DNA from: Promethearchaeota archaeon
GTDB lineage: Archaea > Asgardarchaeota > Lokiarchaeia > Sigyniarchaeales > SOKP01
Length of the DNA: 64,000 nt
Assembly: GCA_008080735.1 (NCBI GenBank)
Contig: SHMW01000015.1
Span: forward strand, 1-64,000
Reading direction: 5' to 3'
The position numbers were made by a program, and so were the translations under genes. Below are positions 58,167-64,000 of this stretch, piece after piece; within the stretch, counting starts at the first letter, position 1, and each line of letters starts with the position of its first letter. The notes below the pieces were generated by a model. The model was not told where the DNA came from. It saw only the letters and a program-made list of their open reading frames with translations, and ran no database searches.

Positions 58167-59531
58167 TTAGGTTTTGATTTGTTTGTATGCTTTTTCAAGA
58201 CGAGCAACTGCTTTATCAATATCCTCTCGAGTGGAGCCAATAGCTGCATTCATAACAATATAAGGCGTCGGATATCCATTTACACAAGTTCCAAATGCTT
58301 TTTGGTTCGGATCATATACTCGTGGACCTGTTACCCGTAGGTTATATAAGGCACCGCCTAAGGCATAAAGTTGATCTTCTTTAAGGGTATTGAGAGTCAT
58401 CGCCACAGCTACGGGATTAAAGATATCCATAATTCTTTCATTTATATCTTTAGCAAAAGAGGAAAGCCGATCTTCTAGATACTTTCGGTTTTCTTGTTGG
58501 GTTTGGATCAGATCTTCATATCCTTGTACCCCTAAGGAAAGCATTGATATGAGAAAATTTACCACCGGAGACGCTGAAGCTCTACCAGGATAAGTCTGAC
58601 TGATAACTTCGATTTTTTCTTGTTCAGGTGAAGCGATGAGTGCACCGCCAACGGGACTGAGGAAATTTTTATCTGTAGATTGAATAATTGCATCAACTCT
58701 TCCCGCATCAATTGCAGATCTAATCATTTTCATCCATTCAGGGCTTTGAACACCATACGCGTTAACGATTATGTGAACGAGATTCTTCACTTTTGCAAAT
58801 TTGCTGATGCCTTTAACATCATCGGCTTCTCTTGGAGGAAAAAAACTCGTAAATGAAACGATAGCATAGCATTCATCGTCATATGCGTTTTGTATATCTT
58901 CGAGTGGGATTCTAACCGAGTCTCCAAAAATTGTGCCTTCCACTATTTTGGGTTCAAGCCCGAGAAATGAGATGGATTTTAAGATGGAATTATGGTCTAA
59001 TCTCGGTAGAAGTATTTTTCTCTTATTTTGAAGTTCTCTCTTGCTCCAGTCAGGTTTAAATGCGGATAATGTAAGTGCTAAAGACATTCCCGTTGCGATT
59101 GGGGTGACAATTGCCTTTTTGATATTCGGGAGACCACATTTTCTCAGAATATCCCGTGCCAGGTAATTGGTTATTTCATACATTATGGAGCCGCCCGGAG
59201 CTTTAGGTTGAGGGGCTGTGAGAAATCCACTCCGTCCTACACCATGACAGAATCCTCCAGAGGTTTTCAAGCTAAGTTTTGAGGCGATTCGTGCCTCTCG
59301 TTCACCTACTTGGGAGGCATTTTGGTCTTTATCAGTGTCCATATTCGCTAATATATGCAATAAGAACTCTATCTGCTCATCACCCCATCCTTCAGTAGGT
59401 ATTGCTTTTTGTTGGAATAATATTCTTATAGGGTCAATATATTGATTGAGGACAAGTTGACCTCTATTGAGCATATTTTCTGGAATTTTTGAATTTTTAA
59501 AAAAATTGATAATGTTATTTAAATCAACCAA
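58167..59531 (-). CDS. spcS: O-phosphoseryl-tRNA(Sec) selenium transferase (SepSecS)
   Basis: VGEREAR, HGVGRSG...QPKA.G, ATGMSL, NAYG, QSTDKNF (PLP Lys), YPGRAS, AAIG; tRNA-Sec nearby. Confidence 0.96.
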   Translation of the reverse strand: MVDLNNIINFFKNSKIPENMLNRGQLVLNQYIDPIRILFQQKAIPTEGWGDEQIEFLLHILANMDTDKDQNASQVGEREARIASKLSLKTSGGFCHGVGRSGFLTAPQPKAPGGSIMYEITNYLARDILRKCGLPNIKKAIVTPIATGMSLALTLSAFKPDWSKRELQNKRKILLPRLDHNSILKSISFLGLEPKIVEGTIFGDSVRIPLEDIQNAYDDECYAIVSFTSFFPPREADDVKGISKFAKVKNLVHIIVNAYGVQSPEWMKMIRSAIDAGRVDAIIQSTDKNFLSPVGGALIASPEQEKIEVISQTYPGRASASPVVNFLISMLSLGVQGYEDLIQTQQENRKYLEDRLSSFAKDINERIMDIFNPVAVAMTLNTLKEDQLYALGGALYNLRVTGPRVYDPNQKAFGTCVNGYPTPYIVMNAAIGSTREDIDKAVARLEKAYKQIKT

Positions 59532-59673
59532 AAAAAATCACCAAATCCATTTTTGAGACATACTATTCTAATATCTAATAATATAATTCAATAAGACTTA
59601 ATCAAAATTAACTATTCGCATGAAATTCTAAAAAAATCAATCAAGAGAAAAGAAAATCTTAGCTTGAGAGCAC

Positions 59674-60123
59674 TTAGCAAATTTTTCTGTATTCATCCAA
59701 AATCTTATTTGCGACATCTTGAGTGCTTCCGAATTTCCCATTTTTTCTGAATTTGGTCGGAACAGCATCTCTTGGTAAATATTTCCAATTTTCTTGGGGA
59801 TTTTGTCCACCAATAAGCGTATTTTCTACTGCTTTCATTAAATTGTGTGATTCTTGGGTATAATTTAAATAATCTAACATTAAAACTGTAGAAATTATGG
59901 CGGCAATTGGATTAGCGACTGGCTCACCTGCATAATTTTTTCTTTGTAATACGGCTGGAGCAGAACCGTGTGTTGGTTCAAAATATGATGTTTTTGGTCC
60001 ATACACTCCAGATCCAGCAACTCCCAAACCCCCAACAATTTCAGCGGCTTCATCACTTAGAGCATTGTATGCCCCTGGAGCTTGAATAAACGTTCCATTC
60101 TCCAATAATTTTCGTAAATTCAT
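59674..60123 (-). pseudogene. In-frame chimera: PrpB/ICL-PEPM N-terminus fused to the C-terminal third of an isocitrate/isopropylmalate dehydrogenase
   Basis: MNLRKLLENGTFIQAPGAYNALS joined to SDEAAEIVGGLGVAGSG...FEPTHGSAP...ANP.A.I.S..LMLDYL. Confidence 0.75.
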
Positions 60124-60226
60124 TTTAAATCAACTCTAAATCTATTTTTACTTGATAATAATAAAACTTTTTCTTTGATTATAACCCGATATAAAAGAGT
60201 TATTAAGAAGAAAAGAAGATTTTCAA

Positions 60227-60370
60227 TGGCGGCCCAGGGGGGGATTTCCTTGAACGCAGCACACTACGATCATATCGAACCCCTATCCCTCCGCGGGATA
60301 ACTGGATTTCTTCTTATTTGTAGATTAAATTGAAGTCCAGCGTCAAAGACCACTTCGACCGCCCCGGGCC
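60227..60370 (-). tRNA. selC: tRNA-Sec(UCA), 9/4 fold, two introns: 37/38 (60308-60329) and T-loop 59/60 (60245-60273); encoded CCA
   Basis: 9-bp acceptor GGCCCGGGG/CCCTGGGCC, 7-bp D-stem GTCGAAG/CTTTGAC, 6-bp anticodon stem, CT TCA A|A, variable arm TATCCC/GGGATA, 4-bp T-stem, G73-CCA. Clean BHB (CTTC/GAAG) at intron 1. Confidence 0.95.
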
Positions 60371-60492
60371 ATTGGGTTTAATTAGGTTGTTATTAAAAAA
60401 ATATTGCTTTTTTATTGAGTTTTATGTTTTTATACTATTGGTTAAGTGGTTTCTTTATATCTATTTATTAATTCTCTTCTAAGATATTTATA

Positions 60493-61188
60493 TTATTTAT
60501 AATTTCTTCTCATTCGTTCTCGAAAGTCGCTGCAGTTCAAACGTCTGTAACCCGATCTCATTAATTCTAAATCATAAACAGATTGAAGATAATGAACGAT
60601 TATATGGGTAGTAGCTCCAAAGATTACATATTTTTTCCCCTCAGACGTCCGATATATGTATTTTCCGACCGCAATTTTATTCCCATGGAGTAAATAAGTT
60701 CTTTCTCTATAATTATTTCCATCAGCGAAAAAAGTTATAGGGATTTTTACTATTTCCTTAACTTCACTTTCTTCTTTCACCATTTCTTGCTCGGGAGAAA
60801 TATATCCGACAATTGGAGTAATAATGAAGAATTTTGGTGTGATATGGTCATCGAAGGAGCCCAAAACATTGATCTTATGTCGGGGAATTCCTAGCTCCTC
60901 TTCAGTCTCTCGTAGAGCCGTATCAATATATGATCTATCTCTAGTTTTTTCGAACTTTCCCCCGGGAAAACTCATCTCACCTGAATGTTTATCTCCATCT
61001 CTATGGGTTCGCCGAATAAGCACAAGATCATACGGTTTATTAGAATATGCGATTATGAGAAACACCACAGCTCCTTTCGTAAACCTTTCATCTTCCAAAC
61101 ATAATCGTAAATCAGACTCATATTCTAAAAGTCCCTTAGAGATAATTTCTTCATCAAAGATAAAATCATTCAAGGTGTATTTTTTCAT
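60493..61188 (-). CDS. Nudix CoA pyrophosphatase (NudL/Pcd1 family)
   Basis: R...HSGEMSFPGG, TALRETEEELG, VIFGAT. Confidence 0.9.
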   Translation of the reverse strand: MKKYTLNDFIFDEEIISKGLLEYESDLRLCLEDERFTKGAVVFLIIAYSNKPYDLVLIRRTHRDGDKHSGEMSFPGGKFEKTRDRSYIDTALRETEEELGIPRHKINVLGSFDDHITPKFFIITPIVGYISPEQEMVKEESEVKEIVKIPITFFADGNNYRERTYLLHGNKIAVGKYIYRTSEGKKYVIFGATTHIIVHYLQSVYDLELMRSGYRRLNCSDFRERMRRNYK

Positions 61189-61280
61189 GGTTTGTCTGAA
61201 GATTATTTCTAAATTACATTTTAGAAAATATAATTTATATTCATCTATCTATGGCAGGAATATTTTGAAGTTTATAGGTA

Positions 61281-62003
61281 CTATATATCATTATTTATTT
61301 GAGAAGTGATTTTGTCTCTGTATCGTAAAAAATCTTTCAAAGATACTATCTCATTAAGCTTAAATCTCTTGATACCGAGTTCTGACATCTCATAACCGTA
61401 AATTCTTTCGATAAATGATACAATCATGAACGCAGTCGCGCCCCAGATGAGATAACTCTTATTAGATTGCTGATTTTTATAAGTAAAATAAAAAACTGGA
61501 AATTTTTTATCCATTATCTTGAACGCTTGCTCTTGAAAATTAATCTTATTTATGAAAAAATCAATTGGGACTTTTAATATTTCTTGTACCTCCCTCTCTT
61601 GGCGTATTAATTTTGCCTGAGGATTAATTTTCGCAACGAATGGTGAGATAATATACTTTGTCATTGTGGGAAAATCATTTAGACAGCCTAAAACTTCAAT
61701 ATCACTTCGAAAAACACCAATCTCCTCCATAGCTTCTCGGATTGCTGTATCTAATAATGTTTGATCCAATGATGGATCGAATTTACCCCCCGGAAAGGAC
61801 ATCTCACCTCTATGTTTCCTCCCCCTATTCGTTCTATGGATAATGATAAGGTCATAAGGTCTGTTATCATAGGGGATGATAGAAAATAGTACTGCAGAAT
61901 TTATAAACATCTTATCCGATAATCGAATCCTCTGCGGATCATCGCATGGAATTAGCTTCTCTTTAATTAATGTGTCGTTGAAGATAAAATTTTCCGGATC
62001 CAT
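61281..62003 (-). CDS. Nudix CoA pyrophosphatase (tandem paralog)
   Basis: SAVL, R...HRGEMSFPGG, TAIREAMEEIG, IWGATA. Confidence 0.9.
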   Translation of the reverse strand: MDPENFIFNDTLIKEKLIPCDDPQRIRLSDKMFINSAVLFSIIPYDNRPYDLIIIHRTNRGRKHRGEMSFPGGKFDPSLDQTLLDTAIREAMEEIGVFRSDIEVLGCLNDFPTMTKYIISPFVAKINPQAKLIRQEREVQEILKVPIDFFINKINFQEQAFKIMDKKFPVFYFTYKNQQSNKSYLIWGATAFMIVSFIERIYGYEMSELGIKRFKLNEIVSLKDFLRYRDKITSQINNDI

Positions 62004-62085
62004 AGCATAGAAGGGGCAAAAATTTTAAGATTATCCTTAATTGTTTAACATAATCTTTGATTTTATAAATTTTTTAGCAGACTAG

Positions 62086-62391
62086 TTGATAGATATGAAA
62101 CTACCTAAGGAACTTCGAGAAAAACAAGAATTGCAGACTTCTGGGGGCAAAGCAAAAGCGTGTTCTGTGGTTGATTGTAAAAAACAAGCCGTGCGGAGTC
62201 TTTCTGAAAATAAGTGGAAAGATTATGTGGAGCAAGCAAATTTAATCTATAAAGAGAACCGTTTGCATAAGATCTATTTATGTAAGAAACATTATAAAGA
62301 AGCTAAGAAAGTCAGGCAAAAAGAAGAGAAACAATTTACGAAGAAAGGCTTTTTAGATGATGCGCGCCCCAGCGGCAGAGAGAGATACTGA
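62086..62391 (+). CDS. Small basic C-C-C-H zinc-binding hypothetical protein
   Basis: CSVVDC..QAVRSLS...YLCKKHYK. Confidence 0.75.
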   Translation: MIDMKLPKELREKQELQTSGGKAKACSVVDCKKQAVRSLSENKWKDYVEQANLIYKENRLHKIYLCKKHYKEAKKVRQKEEKQFTKKGFLDDARPSGRERY

Positions 62392-62572
62392 TTTACTTTA
62401 TTTTTGAATTTGAGATTAAGAAAATCAAAAATTCATTTCTCCAATGATTCAGATAGCCGAATAGTTACTTGCCAATCACTTTTTTTCATATACATTAGAA
62501 TATATTTGTCCTCTTATCACAAAAATGTAAAATTTTAAAAGAGGTTAAATAAACCATTTACATTACAAAGTT

Positions 62573-63400
62573 ATGAAAAAATTTGTAAAAATTGGAATTA
62601 TTTGTTCTGTTGCTTTAATGGGTTTAACCCCAACATTGAGTTTTTTCATTACTCCACAATTTAAACCGCTAAATATGGAATATTTCCCTCTAAACATAGG
62701 AACGGAATTATATTACAATAGTACTGATGATACAGGAACTTGGGATACAAAAAGATATATTGAAGAGGGTGGTGGATTTTTACACGGCATCTTCGGGACA
62801 TTCACGGTTTTATGGGGTGAGGCTCATCAACAAATAGGTGAAACTTCCTATACTTGGATTAATCAAATGTGGTTAAGTAAGAGAGGGAATTCGCTACTAT
62901 GGTGGGGATTTAAAGATGAGAATGCCCAAGTGATCGCAGACCAGGGATTGATTTACGTAACGGAGCCTGTTCAAGTTGGAAAGTCGAATTATGGAGAAAC
63001 CTCCTCCGTTCTAACACTATCGGGTGGCGGAAGTCAAAGCATAAATTTTGTGGGGAATTATACAGTGGAAGCAGTAGAGGCGGTGACGGTTCCAGCAGGG
63101 ACTTTTAATGACACAATAAGAGTCCATGAGCAAGAAATCACTCCAGATGGTAAAATCGATTTCTATGTATGGTACGCTCCCAATGTAGGAGCTATTAAGT
63201 ATTGGTACCCGAATGATGATAATCGCACCGATATGTTGACAAACTATACTCCCGCCGAGAATAATGATCCGTGGAATGATTGGATTTTACCCTATGTACC
63301 AGGTATGCTTATATGGACGATTCCCGTGTTAATTATTGGAACATGTGCTATTATCGCAATAATTTTAGCAAATAAATTATATTTCAACAAGAAAGAGTAA
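62573..63400 (+). CDS. Secreted, C-terminally anchored beta-rich protein (VTVPAGTF / WYAP.VG motif family)
   Basis: Signal-like N-terminus, YFPL..G, VTVPAGTF, WYAPNVG, C-terminal TM plus basic tail. Confidence 0.75.
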   Translation: MKKFVKIGIICSVALMGLTPTLSFFITPQFKPLNMEYFPLNIGTELYYNSTDDTGTWDTKRYIEEGGGFLHGIFGTFTVLWGEAHQQIGETSYTWINQMWLSKRGNSLLWWGFKDENAQVIADQGLIYVTEPVQVGKSNYGETSSVLTLSGGGSQSINFVGNYTVEAVEAVTVPAGTFNDTIRVHEQEITPDGKIDFYVWYAPNVGAIKYWYPNDDNRTDMLTNYTPAENNDPWNDWILPYVPGMLIWTIPVLIIGTCAIIAIILANKLYFNKKE

Positions 63401-63462
63401 TTTTATAGAAGAGATGGTTTTATAAATTTATTTTTTCTAATTCTTTTTCTCTTATTGCATAA

Positions 63463-63585
63463 CTAAATACTTGCCATTTGATTATAGAGCAGCTCTATGA
63501 GATTAAATTGGCCCAAAATGATGCCATAAGCCAAAAATGATAAAGCGATTAGAAGGATGATGATTCCGATTAATTTTTTTCTCAT
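63463..63585 (-). CDS. Small single-pass membrane protein (40 aa, not in ORF track)
   Basis: MRKKLIGIIILLIALSFLAYGIILGQFNLIELLYNQMASI*; co-oriented with the upstream gene. Confidence 0.55.
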   Translation of the reverse strand: MRKKLIGIIILLIALSFLAYGIILGQFNLIELLYNQMASI

Positions 63586-63651
63586 ATCAATTATCTTTGA
63601 GTAATTATTTTCTCAAATTAACAAAAATAAATAAATATTTAGAATTCTCAT

Positions 63652-64000
63652 TTACTTAGTCAATTTTTCCAAGGTGTCGATTTTAGCCCTCACTTTCTTT
63701 AGTTTGAACTCTAAATCTTCCCGTGTTTTCTTATATTCATCCTCTTGAATCTCTTTTGAGGAATATCTCCCTTTATTCAGTTTCAATAGCCCTACTAAAT
63801 CATTCTCCTCCATTTTCAGCTCTTGAATCCATTGATTCATCCCATCCCGTAAATCAGAGAGTTGTTGTTCAATGTCTTCTTTTGTGGACTTGTATTTCTT
63901 TTTAAGTTTTTCAAAGGTGCTTTTATCTACCTTTTTAAGTCTGTATTGTCGAGTAAGATTTTTCAATTGATAGACTTTTGCATCGAGTTCATTATTGAGC
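63652..64000 (-). CDS. Coiled-coil protein, partial (runs off the window); CdvA-coiled-coil-like pattern
   Basis: Frame is open to the window end; repeated Y..K.(V/I)....(F/Y) motifs within heptads. Confidence 0.7.
   Translation of the reverse strand, partial: LNNELDAKVYQLKNLTRQYRLKKVDKSTFEKLKKKYKSTKEDIEQQLSDLRDGMNQWIQELKMEENDLVGLLKLNKGRYSSKEIQEDEYKKTREDLEFKLKKVRAKIDTLEKLTK

Overview
AT-rich archaeal chromosome segment, very probably an Asgard archaeon (Lokiarchaeia-like). The evidence is archaeal ribosomal proteins (uS2, uL11-uL1-uL10-P1/P2, eL14, eL34), SecY and DUF106, SepSecS with a 9/4-fold tRNA-Sec, a Vps28-like ESCRT-I protein, a longin/uDENN-like protein and an LRR protein. Most of the window is housekeeping and metabolism (ilvD, leuC/D, aroD/E/K, tyrA, tmk, adk, cmk, rtcA, Nudix enzymes, peptidases). 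Points not visible in the ORF track: (1) three intron-containing tRNA genes, including a 180-nt tRNA-Ile(UAU) with three introns and a tRNA-Sec with two introns near SepSecS; (2) a 1.9-kb insert flanked by a perfect 49-bp direct repeat, carrying a start-less PD-(D/E)XK nuclease domain followed by an LRR gene, resembling an orphan toxin/immunity cassette; (3) a tandem array of four LITAF-like zinc-ribbon membrane genes plus a scrambled fifth copy; (4) a PrpB/isocitrate-dehydrogenase-family deletion chimera, an S9 peptidase with a Ser-to-Arg nucleophile, a tautomerase that seems to need an ATT start, and two small unlisted ORFs. No CRISPR array, rRNA or transposase was seen. All family calls come from reading motifs by eye; no searches were run.
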